NCBI GenBank assembly: GCA_012295275.1
Contig: CM022673.1
Coordinates: 25,544,001-25,608,000, forward strand
DNA length: 64,000 nucleotides
Source of the DNA: Chrysomallon squamiferum
Lineage: Eukaryota > Animalia > Mollusca
Direction: 5' to 3'
Within the stretch, counting starts at the first letter, position 1, and each line of letters begins with the position of its first letter. Below are positions 51,952-64,000 of this stretch, in pieces. The notes beneath the pieces are model-generated. The model was given only the letters and a program-made list of their open reading frames with translations, made no database searches and was not told the origin of the DNA. A program made the translations under genes and the position numbers.

Positions 51952-53510
51952 AAAAGAATACCTATTATTTGTAAAGTAAAGTTAAGTTTTGGTACTATGT
52001 CACAGAAATAAATAATAATAATAAAACCCAAACAAATAGGCCTTACTATCACAACACAACGAGTACATGTATTTGGGAAAACCCAAAGAAAAACCAAACT
52101 TTTAAAACTTCATCAGGTAATCCAGTTTGACAACCTGGATCAAAATTACACATTCGTGACATTTCAAATTTATTTGTAGCACTGTTTGCCGGTACAAATC
52201 AAGCATATTATCCCATTTCATCTAATTATATGTAAACTTCACATTCAACCAACCACGCACAAATCTGCATACAAAACACTATGGTGGGAAATCCCGGATT
52301 TCTGTTCGGAAATCCCAACCTCTATATTTATATAACCGAGATCTAAATACCAACACAGTCACAATATACAAGGTTGCATGTCTTTTTTCACACTTTTCTT
52401 TCTTTAATAACTAATAAATAAATAAAACATGCGCACACACACTTTATGAAATTGACTATTATTAACTCCACATTTATAGAAACTTTGCTTTAGAATTACA
52501 TTGATATATTAACGTTTATAACTGCTGCTGTAATGCAGATTTCCACCGTTTCTAAAATGCAGATATACATGTGGCTTTGCAAATTATGCGTATTCCTCTT
52601 TTAAATCAAATACAATTCTGTAGTTAGATCAAATGTTATTGCTTTGAAACCAAGAAACCAAAGCATAGTTATTTTAATTCATTAAATTTTGACCAATTAT
52701 TTTAAGGAATATTAAATGAAATGTATGATAATAGGAAAAAAGTAAACCAAAAAAAAAAAATAATAATAATAAATAAAAAACGAAAATATTTACTTCTCAT
52801 TATCGCACATAAAAATCTTGCTATTAACATCGATTGATAAAATTATATTAAAATATTAATTATTATATGCATTTTCACAAAATTAATTCGTGTTTATTTT
52901 AACACAAAACCGATATATTTAAAATTTAAGTTTAATTTTCCTAACAGTATTTAAAAGCAACAATAATAGCAACAATACTGATTTTACAGAGCTCCGTGAG
53001 TTTTTCTAAAAATAAACACAAGTAACGAAACTGTTAGTGGCGACATCTATTAGCGGCGGCTCTAGCAACAAAGTTCAGTTTAGACTGGCTTTCCGTCAAT
53101 ATACCATTAAAATGAAACTAAGACGTCAGTTATTCTTTATTCTTAATTGTTTTGTTAATTAAATGAATTTAAAATTATTAACTATAAAGTGCTGTGTTAA
53201 AAAAAAAAGAAAAAAATAAAAAAATACCGTATCATTTTAATTTAAATTTAATTTTAATGAATTATAGTTACATACAGTAAATAGTCTAACAATTGAGTAG
53301 ATTTAATTATTTAATGAATTTGAAATTTTTTCCAAGTTCTCTCAAATAAAACCTAAGCTTTCTAAAATTATTTTTTGTTTCCTATATTTTTATTCAAAAG
53401 AATGTTTTAATTTTATTTGGTTGATGAGCGAAAACATAAATGCTATATTATAAAATAGTTAACTACTACAGTATTCAGTTGATTATACATTTTCTTAACA
53501 GCAAACTTAC

Positions 53511-53763
53511 CTTCGTGCAGCTGCTTTGATTTGCACTCAAAATGAGAATGATCAGCCGCAACTACTAATTTAAGCTAGAATTCCATCCAGAATTTTCGAT
53601 GCGAGCGCGTTTTTCATTAGTGGGCTGAAAAGGCTGCAACACGGAATTTTCCATTTGCGTTCATTGAATCGAAAGGTCAAGTAAGGGCTAAATTTGTACT
53701 AAATTTTGCCACTAAAATATCAGTAGTCTTACTCATAACCTGTCAATTAAATTGCACTTTATA
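53511..53763 (-). promoter_or_regulatory. Candidate ISYNA1 TATA promoter and non-coding first exon
   Basis: TATAAA (minus, 53758-53763); consensus donor aag|gtaagt at 53511/53510; matching acceptor ttcttctttctag at 50386, 35 nt before the ATG. Confidence 0.45.
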
Positions 53764-54282
53764 AGATAACCAAATAACAAAGCAGGACTATGGTGCATTA
53801 TGCTACCCCAATACCGGTACATCGCGGCATTTTCCCTTGGATGACACGTTATGCGATACATTTTGACTCAACCGGTATAGTCGATTGTTTCTGTAATTTT
53901 CCGTAACAGTACATTCGTGTACGAACATTCACGATTATAGTTAAATGTTATATTTTATAAATTAAACCAATCTAATACTGATCTTTAATGAAATGCTACA
54001 GCAGACAGCTTCTAAATTGGTTTGTTTGCACTATGTGTTAATGATACATAAATTAGAATGTCACATTTTCATAATTATTGAAGAAAAATGGCGGACTTGA
54101 CATTTAGGTAATTTCCTTTGTATTATTTCTGTTCTTTTTTTTTTTCTCTCTGTCTCTCTCTCTTTCTCCCATGGTCATGTGCTTCATGAGTTATGATGAA
54201 ATATTTCAATATCACTGATGAAATAAAATAAATTATCTACGATGAGAGAATAAAAAAAAATATTATTTTTAAAATAATTATA

Positions 54283-54326
<44 letters not shown>

Positions 54327-54713
54327 TAATGTATATTTAAGTGATTGTTAGCGTGTACTAAAAATAACCCAAATAGGGATATAAGAATTTTTAATATTAG
54401 TTTGTGGGTGGCACATAATTTAACATTGCATAATATGATATCATAATATTTAGATAGGAACACTATGAATGTGACATCTAATAACTGCCAACTTTTAAAA
54501 TCAATTCCAACATTAATAAAAAGCCAAAATCTATTTTTAAATAAATAAATGAATACCAAGAAAAATATCCCTAGGCCCTAATTTGTTAAATCTGTGTTAC
54601 AATTACATTATTACTATAGTTTTAATAATTTTTCTACTTTCATTTTATGTTATTCATTTTTTTCTCTCTCTCTCATATATAAGAGGAGAGAAAGAGTGAG
54701 AGAGAAAGAAAAC

Positions 54714-54744
<31 letters not shown>

Positions 54745-55370
54745 GGAAAATGGACCGCTCAGACAAGTTTATTAATTCATTAGATTAATAGCATAAATTT
54801 ACATGTGTGATCTACGAACATTAAAACTCATTACGTATTTTGTTATTATGTCATAAATAAATTTTTTATACTTTTATGTGCATAAATAAAATTAACAAAA
54901 AAAAAAAAAAATTGTATAATAAATAATTAACGTATTATACTGCGTTTATGAAAAAGTCGTCTGAATGCGAGGAGGATGCAGTATATGTGGTTTGGATATA
55001 GTCATCGTATACTAATATTAGAACAGGTCATTGCAAAAGTAGGTTTCACTTGCTCATCCAGCGTGTGTGGTTTGTGTATGTCTGTGTGTGTGTCTGTGTA
55101 TGTATGCATATGTAGTGTGTGTGCGTGTGTGTCTAAAATTTCTTCCGATTAAATTGAACGCTACATTTATAAAATATTACAAAATTTATGTTGAGTCTGA
55201 ATATCTGGAAGAGCTTGTTTTGTCTCCTGTTTGTTGTGGTATACAGCCAAATATAGTTAAATATTTAATGAAATGTAAATGACTGGTTTCTTTAGTTTAT
55301 TTTCTATAGTCTGCTATAGAGCGTATTCAGAAAAGTGAAGTTTAAAAACAGACTACAATAAACATAAAAC

Positions 55371-55436
<66 letters not shown>

Positions 55437-55889
55437 AAAACGAAGAAAACATAAGAATGAAGAAGAAGAGAGAAATGAAGATAAACAATGAAAGCGTTAT
55501 CCTGGATTTTTTATTGCTTGCGGGGATGACAAACCACTTAGTTACTGGATACAGCCTAACTGGCGTTTTGTAGAGGTAACGGTTTCGTAATTATATCTAT
55601 ATTTAGATGTGGATTACATTCTTTACCAAGTGATGACAGGTAATAATTCTAAAGAACTGCTTTTATAATCGGTGTTCTTCTTTCATTATTTAGAAAAAGC
55701 AACACGAAATGAGGAGATATATATAATACAAACGATGGACAAAAGAAATTAATTCGTTCATTTTAAAACGGACTGATAATTCAGACTTTATCGCCATTTA
55801 TTTATATACAGGGTTATTACAGCTTCTGCATTCTTCCATCCATTTTATCTTTGGGGAAATAATAATAATAAATTAATAAAATAGAAAGA

Positions 55890-55929
<40 letters not shown>

Positions 55930-56062
55930 ATGTACAGGATCGAATTTGTAGAAAGTGGGGAGAAAAAGTGCAGGTGCTTATCAAATGCTCCATGTATATT
56001 TATAGACGTTTTATTTATTAATATAATGTCTTAAATACTCCTATATTGTAAAGTGGAAACTG

Positions 56063-56095
<33 letters not shown>

Positions 56096-56744
56096 CTTCA
56101 CTTTTTTAATTTGGATACATCGTTCGAATACGGAACGTTAGCTGTTATTTAGCTTCGCTGTAGTACGAGTTTACTGCACAGAGTTTTTTCCCCTGACTTG
56201 CATTTCATTTTCTAATAATAGCTGTTACTTGCAAAAGTGCACAATACACAACCGTAATCGTAGTGGTATTTGTCAATTACTCTGATCTTCAATACATGAA
56301 TTCTTTTAAATGTTACAATTAAATACATTTAGACAAAAAAAAAAGAAAGTACCTACACTTTTCCTTTTCTGAATGCAGTATTAGTTTATTAATTTGTGTT
56401 AAATTTTTTATTATTATTATTTTATTATTATTATTATTTTCCAAAATATATATTTTTAGAGTGTTTTACAGATATTTGAAAATTTATTCAGTATATAAAT
56501 ATTATTTTGCATTTTGCGATGCGTTTTTCTTTTGTCTAGTTTCATTTTGCGGACGTCTCTACATTAGTCATTTCACGTTTGTATTGCTGCAACACTTTCT
56601 ACAAGTTGTGTTCACATACTTTCATTATTTAACAAAATTAATATAATTACAAAGAATTTAATTTAGCACATAGAAGAAATATGATTTTTTGACTTTTCTT
56701 GTCTTGTAACCGTATACGTGTGATGAATGAATGACAACCTTGAG

Positions 56745-56793
56745 CGGGGAATTCCAAGTAATTTTCCACACCTAAAAATTTTCCATGCTCAGC
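56745..56793 (-). promoter_or_regulatory. Candidate osmotic/stress enhancer module 2
   Basis: 25-bp identity with module 1 (cggggaattccaagtaattttccac), then TGGAAAATTTT and TGCTGAGCA on minus. Confidence 0.6.
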
Positions 56794-57835
56794 AAATTTG
56801 CATGCGCAACGATAGCTGTTAGTTGAGTTTTGAGTTGCGGCGTTGCCAGTACAGGTATATACAATAGAGAACTTAATACCTAGGCTTTTATCTACAGGCA
56901 GAAAGTTCGGTTTGCAACAATAAATATGAGTAATGCCGATGCATGAAGGAAAATTTTAATCTTCAATTTATTTTCGTTTCGTATTTCATATAAGGTTATA
57001 GCTTGGGAAGCTGCACTGAACTTACAATGTTCAAACGCATATACATATACAGTTAAATACACACATAGGCACACGCTAATAATAAATATATACATTAAAA
57101 TCTACATCATAAGTGCACAAAATAAGATAAATTACCTGGTTGTTGTTTTAAAAAAAAAAAAAAAAAAAAAATGTTTATATCTGAATGCAGATTTATGTCA
57201 AATTTTGCAACTCATAGAGGCAAAACGATGCAATAATTTCTTTTTCATAGCTAAATTTGTACACTTACAACAGCGCCAGATTTTTAAATCGTTCGCTGTT
57301 AGATGACAATCGATTAAAAAGTTGCACGGTTAACTTTACGCAATCCAGCCAATTTCAATATGGCGCCTATTGTATTTCCAATACTCCCGAAGTTAACCTT
57401 CGTAGATTTCCGGAGAATTCCGGGTAGTAATATGCAGTGCGTCATTAGTAAAGCGCATTCAGACACGACTTGTCGCATCGATTTGTATCGTACAACTGAA
57501 CGTACAGATAAAATTAGGAACAGTCTGAAGTTTTGTACATCATTATGCTTTTCTTGAATACATTTTTGAGCCAACGAAAAACTGATAAATAAATGAATAA
57601 ATAAATCAATCAAAACGTTCGATTTTTAAAAGGAAATAAGCCATAACCTAATCAGTACGATCTGTATTTGAGATGGTGTTATGAGATTACTGTCTTTCTC
57701 ACTCGTATCAAGATACTGTTTGATCGTAGTAGTCGTACAGTGAGAAATCCGCTCAGTATGTAATGATCGAGTATCTTCTTTTTATTTATTTACTATTTTC
57801 AACTTTTCTCTTTTTCTTTATTTTCATTTCTTTGT

Positions 57836-57875
<40 letters not shown>

Positions 57876-58052
57876 TAAATTTTATTTACTTTTATTATCC
57901 TAACGTTGCAGTTTACTAAATATTACTTAACTGTAGGCAGTTTGGTAATTAAAACAGAACTGAAATCTCATATTCCAAACTAACGCAAAGGTATATTTAA
58001 AAATATAGTTTTAAGCAAAGACTCAGAAAATAGTTTAAAATAAATAAATATA

Positions 58053-58130
<78 letters not shown>

Positions 58131-60022
58131 TAATAATAAATAAATAAATAAATAAATAAATAAAATAATAAATAAATAAATAAAATACAAAATAATAAAT
58201 AAATAAATAAATAAATAAATAATCGGTACAGCTTTAATAGAAGTCTGTGTTTGGACATGGAATAGCAGTGATTCACTGCTTGGCTTAGAACTGCTCGAAT
58301 TCTGCAAATTACGGCTCATTCTCACGTTGCGAATTAGGATCATTTTCACCCACTTTCAAGATCAATAGTCTGGACCTCCAGCGTGTTTATTTATTTATTT
58401 TTTTTTTCATGACTGCAGTCTCCATTTATCTTGTGCAACATACGAACACCTGCTTTAAAAGGGATTTAATTAGATTTTAAAATGACAAACGGCTGTAACA
58501 ATATTGTGCAATGGGCAACATATATTCATGTTGACTATAACACCACCAACGATGAAAATAAATAGATAAATAAATAATATTATTATTCTTAAGGCTTACG
58601 ACGGAAAGTTTCATTGTTGATTCTACTGGACTAGCGCTGTGTTGTGGAAAAAAACGACATTCTGACCGTTACGGCATTAATTGATTCACGTGAAAAGAAT
58701 AACCCAGCTTGATAATATTGTCATAAAAGAACGAAAATAGCCGAAAGGGCTTTGCGAGATATCTATTCAAACAGTTTAACCTTTTCAAATACGTAGTTGT
58801 TAATGTCACTGATAAAAAAAAAAAAAAATAAAAAATAAAAAGTGTTCTGTGGTTCCCCTTTTGTCATCCAGAATGTATTCAGAAATCCGAGGTTCCACCA
58901 GAAAGCACGATATAGAGCGTGACCATTTTAAATACTTCACGTACATTTCTTCATCAGTAAATCTGAATGAAATCCCAGTGTTTCTGCTTAAAGAACTTTG
59001 GGTCGTGTGTGTATACATACATACATACATACATACATACATACATACATACATACATACATACAACAAAAATATATATATATATATATATATATAACAC
59101 ATATATATATATATATAAAGAATATATATATATATATATATTATTTTTATTATTACTTTTTTAAACATATGAAATAATTATAACTAAATTGGGTAACTTG
59201 CCTATGTCTTTTTATAAGAATAATATTTCGTACAATGGATTATTATTGTTGTTAAATGTTTTGCTGGACAATTTGTAATGGACAAAAATTGGAAAACAAA
59301 GCATGTTATTTGTAAATTAAAATATCAAAATGAATTTAAATATACATTATAAAATTCAAGGCAAGAGCTCTGAACTTACCAATAATAATTACTATATTTT
59401 TGCATCTAATGAAGCAAATCTGTAATATTTTATATTATTATGCACTGACATTAACCAGTTTATTTACAAGTTCGAACAATAATTAATTAAAAGTCGAATT
59501 TCTGTAATTTTTCTCGTTTTCTAGAGAACGATTTCATTGCCAAAAAAATAAAATAAAAAAATAAAAAAATAACTAAGGATCTGTTCATAAAGTCTGACAT
59601 GCGAAAAATATGCAGAGAAGGAATCTCACCCGACAACATAAATGTATGTAATTACAAAATCCTAATTGAATATCATTTGTATTTAATATTTATGTAAACG
59701 TCCATTCCAATTGTCTACCGTTCTTTTGTCCAGGGAGGAAAATCGATGTACCACTGTTCACATGAGCAAGGATGAAGGTCGACAAAAAAAAAAAATAAAA
59801 AATCACTTATTTTACGCTACGTCCTTCACAGATATTCACTAAATGATTTTACTCTTATTTTAACAGTGCGTTTATATGACGAGATATACTTTTGGAACCA
59901 TTAACGTTTTCGTTATCTAAACTGAGATTACTGTCCTTACAAATAATAAATATATTTTAGAATACATGTATGCTTGATTTGTTTGTTTATTTGTTTGTTT
60001 GTTTTTTTTATTTATTTTTTTT

Positions 60023-60056
<34 letters not shown>

Positions 60057-61254
60057 GTAGAAGTGTATTTTCTTTACAACATAACAACCTACTTGTTTTA
60101 GGACTGGGCATCCATACTTTTGTTCTTATTGTTTTCATTATTTATAATTAATAACAGTAAAAAAAAAAAAAAATTATAAATAAATATATTATTCTTCGAT
60201 AGTAATGTCACTGTTGAAAACGATATCATCTTTTTAATTTTCAACTTTTAACTTTAATCATTATTTTATTAAAAAAAAAAAAAAAAAAAAAAAAGGTAAT
60301 AATAATAAAAAAAACATAACTGTTCATTTTTAGCTTGTTCTTCAGTGATGTACTTACGTCAAAATTAAATGAGCAAGCCAAATGCCGGACAGAGTTACAC
60401 GCAATGTTTAATATTTAAAAAAAATGTCTCTTCTCTCATCAGCAAGATGGCGACAGGTCACGAGGTCCGTTGAACGAGATTTGCAAGAACTCCAAGAATA
60501 AGAAGTCAAAAAATTAAAAACCAACAGCTACAAACTTCGCAAAGGAAAATTTGCGCGTTTCATGGTCACTGGTTTTTCACGGTCGTCAGTGAAGCTTTTC
60601 AAGGTTGTGTTCGAGTACTGTGAACAGTTCAACGAACTTAAAATCTTACTCGGTAATATTTTTCCTTCTCTTGGAAATTTTACGTACTTTTGCTGACTCC
60701 GACACATTTCTCTTACTCTCTGGTTACATACATCAGCTGTGATGTATAACGTAACACTTCCCAAGCTGTTTAGCGCTTTCGTAACGCGGTCTGGTAAAGC
60801 AATCATGTTCTGCAAGCGATAATGATCTGTAATGTATAGACAGGAGAAACAGCACGTGCATTTTACTTTATTATAATGAAACACAAGTGCACGAACTGTA
60901 TTAGGCTACATGCAAAAGAAAAAATTCATTTTAAAGCCAGTATTCGTAGAAATTATGTGGAGACAGATTGGTTTAGTTTTCTATCCTTTGTGAAGGAATG
61001 TCAACAATTTTAGATTCTCGGACGAGATGCTGCTATCTTGACAGCTCCGAACACTGATGATTCATTTCAGCTTTTATATACCTTGAAAAAAAAATATATA
61101 TCGTGTTTTAAAAGGACAAAAAAAAAAAATATGTGCCATTATGGTAAAAAAAAAAAAAAAGGGGTTATCGGACATTTTAAAAAATCCATCAAAAAGATGG
61201 TAACATGTATCAAATTTTAATGTGTTATTTGCCCACAAGAAAAGAAAAAAACGG

Positions 61255-61560
61255 GGGAAAGAATAAATGTGTTATTTAACGACACCTTCACGCATCATAT
61301 TATGAACAAAGTAACAAGTCAAATATGTGATTTGTGCTATCATAACAAGATTAAAAACAACAACAACAACAGCAACAAAAACCGCTATTGTGCATGTAAC
61401 TGAGCAGTTAACAGCAAGGAATCTTTTATATACACGCTTTTTCTTTGGCCCAGAAATTTGATAAAGCAGTCAACGGTGAAGGGTTCGGAATGGGGAAGTA
61501 GCCACGTGGGTGTGTAGCTTGCCACGTGTTCCCTCAGTGACACTCATCTCGTATCCTTAT
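61255..61560 (-). mobile_element. Degenerate SINE remnant
   Basis: aatgtgttatttaacgacacc and ttaacagcaaggaatcttttatatacac resemble the reverse complement of a common gastropod SINE as recalled; related to the 88-bp unit at 13010. Confidence 0.4.
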
Positions 61561-62296
61561 TACAATTATTCTTTCGTAGTTTACTGAGATATATATATAA
61601 TTCGTAAGTTCAACGACCTATTATGCACACAGTCTGACCACACCACTTGACGCTTCAGTGATCACAAAGCGTAGTTTTCCTTTCTATAATCACATGGTTA
61701 ATGAGTGACATTTATTTTAATTTTAAATATCGTCCTTTTTTTCTTTCTCTCTCGTCTTTTCTGCCTTTCGTTTTTTTTCTTTTCTCCCACCCCTTCTTGT
61801 TGTTTATAAATATTTCTCCATATTTGCAGTGAAAAAAAAAATGTTCGGCGCGACAAAATAAGTGAAATATTTTGAGAGAAAAATTAAAATTAGCTTTGCA
61901 AATGCCGAGATGTTAAACGCAGAGAGGAAACCATGGGGACCGGAAGAAGAGAGGTTCCGTTGATGGAATTTTCCCTCATGGATGCAAGTCACGTTGACAT
62001 ATAATAGCGTGCATGTATGATATGGTTGATTATATATATATATGTCACACAAAAAGTAAATGTACATGCAAAATAAAAGTTATTTCACGGTAAATTTAAA
62101 TATTATGCACATACACATCACCGTAACTAGACTCTTTTTTGAAATGAGGCAAAAAAAACACTTTTTAAATTTGGGGGCCGCTTATGTCGGTAGACTGCAA
62201 ACGGTAACCGTAGTCATAAACGAATTCATTCAGCGGATATCGTTTCTATGGGAATAGAGATTAATATTTTTTATATATTTTTTTAATTAAAATCTT

Positions 62297-62342
<46 letters not shown>

Positions 62343-63026
62343 TTTTGAGAGAAAAATTAAAATTATATAAATAATAATAAAAATCGTTATAATTTCGGTA
62401 TCTACGTACAAAACATACAGGTCTTGGAAAGGCGATCCATATTGCAATTATTAAGTTTAAAACTACATGTACGACCTCAGTTTTCATAACAGACAGTACA
62501 AATCTTCATGTTTTTTTTTTTTAAAGACCAGTTTCAGTTGTGGTAGAGATTATTGACATGTACATGTTTGTTTTTGAAAATATTTCTTCTTTTCAAATAG
62601 CTTCTAGTTATTTGGCTTTGCGATCCTTTTTCAGCCTCCTTCAACCACATTTCCAGTTAAACTTTTATTATATAAAATATATATTGTGAAATAATTATTT
62701 TTTTAAAAAAGTAACATGTAACATTCTTCAAGAATTTACACTTTGTGAATTCGTTTATTTCGCTTCTCTCCCCTAGACTGTCTTTTAGAGAAATTACACT
62801 TCCTTTCATTTGATATATATATGTCTTTCAAAAACTTGTGAAATATATCGTCATATAGCATAACCCTGTTTATATATGCGTTCTAAATTATTTCTAAAAT
62901 ATAACATTAATGGGATAGACATGATAGTGAAAGACTGAAAACAATTATTATATTTAATATAACATTTTTTATTCAAGATCAGATCGAATCCTTTATTCGT
63001 TGAACAAGAGAGAACTCGGAGGTTGT

Positions 63027-63736
63027 CTATGTCGATGTCTCGGGAACAGCTTCGGTGGTGACAGGTTTGCCTGTTGTCACTCGATCAGCATCTAAAACAG
63101 AGAAAAAACACATATTACTCTTTTATTTCTCCGTGCAGATGCGGGTCTTGTTTTATTTATTCATCACTTTATCTTTGCTTGTATGCAACTAATATATTTC
63201 ATCAGCTCTTTTGCTTCTACCTCTTTTCGGTGCTTCCTGCTCCGATTCTTCTTCCTTCGTCAGTTCCTCTTCGAGTTTTTCTTCTTCACTTTCCTCTTCA
63301 GAAAGTTCTTCGGCTACCTCTTTGGCTGCTTCTTCTATGTCTTGTTTATTTTCTGCATCGGCTTCGTCAATTTCTTTGTCCTGACCTTCCATCACTTCTT
63401 TCAGAGCATCGCTGACCATGGTGTCAATGGTGTCCGCTGCTTTGGTCAGCGCCTGGGCAGCCTCGGTTTCTTTCCTCTGAGCGAGAACATTCCCCAGCAG
63501 TCTCAGGTCGTCTGACATATCCACCAAGTCTGAGCTAGACATGTCATCCAGACTGTCATCATCCAGCACTTCACCCAGATCAGTGTCGTCGTCTATCATG
63601 TCCAATAAAGAATCATCATCATCGTCATCATCATCGTCATCATCCTCCAAAGCTGCCAAAAGCAAAGCATCGGATTCTCCATCGTCATCAGCGCTTAACA
63701 GCGTGTCTATCTCTGCACCATCATCGCAAGATCCTT
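63027..63736 (-). CDS. Highly acidic Asp/Glu-rich protein, 3' exons (5'-partial)
   Basis: Acceptor ttctttgtattcag at 63737. Exon 63736-63221 (poly-Asp, then Glu/Ala-rich helix) and probable last exon 63091-63027 (DADRVTTGKPVTTEAVPETST*), followed by AATAAA at 62992-62997. If the weak donor at 63220 is not used, the ORF ends at 63189. Confidence 0.75.
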
Positions 63737-64000
63737 CTGAATACAAAGAATCGTAAAACAGTTTGGATTAACATTACAGGAATGAGTGAACGAGCGTTTA
63801 TTACATTATTATTATCATTATTATTATTATAATTATTATTATTATTATTATTATTATTGTTATTTGGTGCATAATAATAATAATTGTTGTCCTCTTCACG
63901 CCTCTCTCACTTTTCGATCTTCTGTGTCTTGTTTATTTTCTGCATCAGCTTCATCTATTTTTTTAGTAGCTGTGATTTTTGTCTATGAACCGTCCCTGAA

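Noticed and set aside
60528-60884. 118-aa minus-strand ORF
   Set aside because: No recognisable domain, codon bias or convincing splice context.

Overview
AT-rich, microsatellite-rich animal genomic DNA with spliceosomal GT-AG introns. It is probably an invertebrate; SINE-like remnants suggest a gastropod mollusc, but that is an inference. I reconstructed five genes by hand from splice sites and reading frames. (1) The 3' part of an ARHGEF39-like DH-PH RhoGEF on + (9 exons, 236-7211). (2, 3) Two tandem 14-exon M13 (neprilysin/ECE-like) type II membrane protein genes on - (12170-26481, 791 aa; 31889-41941, 775 aa). Both are intact but lack the catalytic Glu of HExxH, so they look like conserved pseudopeptidases. 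(4) Inositol-3-phosphate synthase ISYNA1/MIPS on - (3 coding exons, 558 aa), with a duplicated module upstream made of an NF-kB-type site, two TonE/ORE-type sites and a MARE-like site. (5) The 3' end of a very acidic Asp/Glu-rich protein on -. The most unusual structure is non-coding: minisatellites whose unit is a copy of the adjacent splice site (about 35 acceptors before RhoGEF exon 4, about 40 donors after M13-A exon 6), and introns bracketed by complementary repeats. Also present are hAT and Tigger-type MITEs, SINE remnants, a probable decayed LRR gene and a duplicated ISYNA1 3' region. No database searches were run; family assignments come from recalled motifs.
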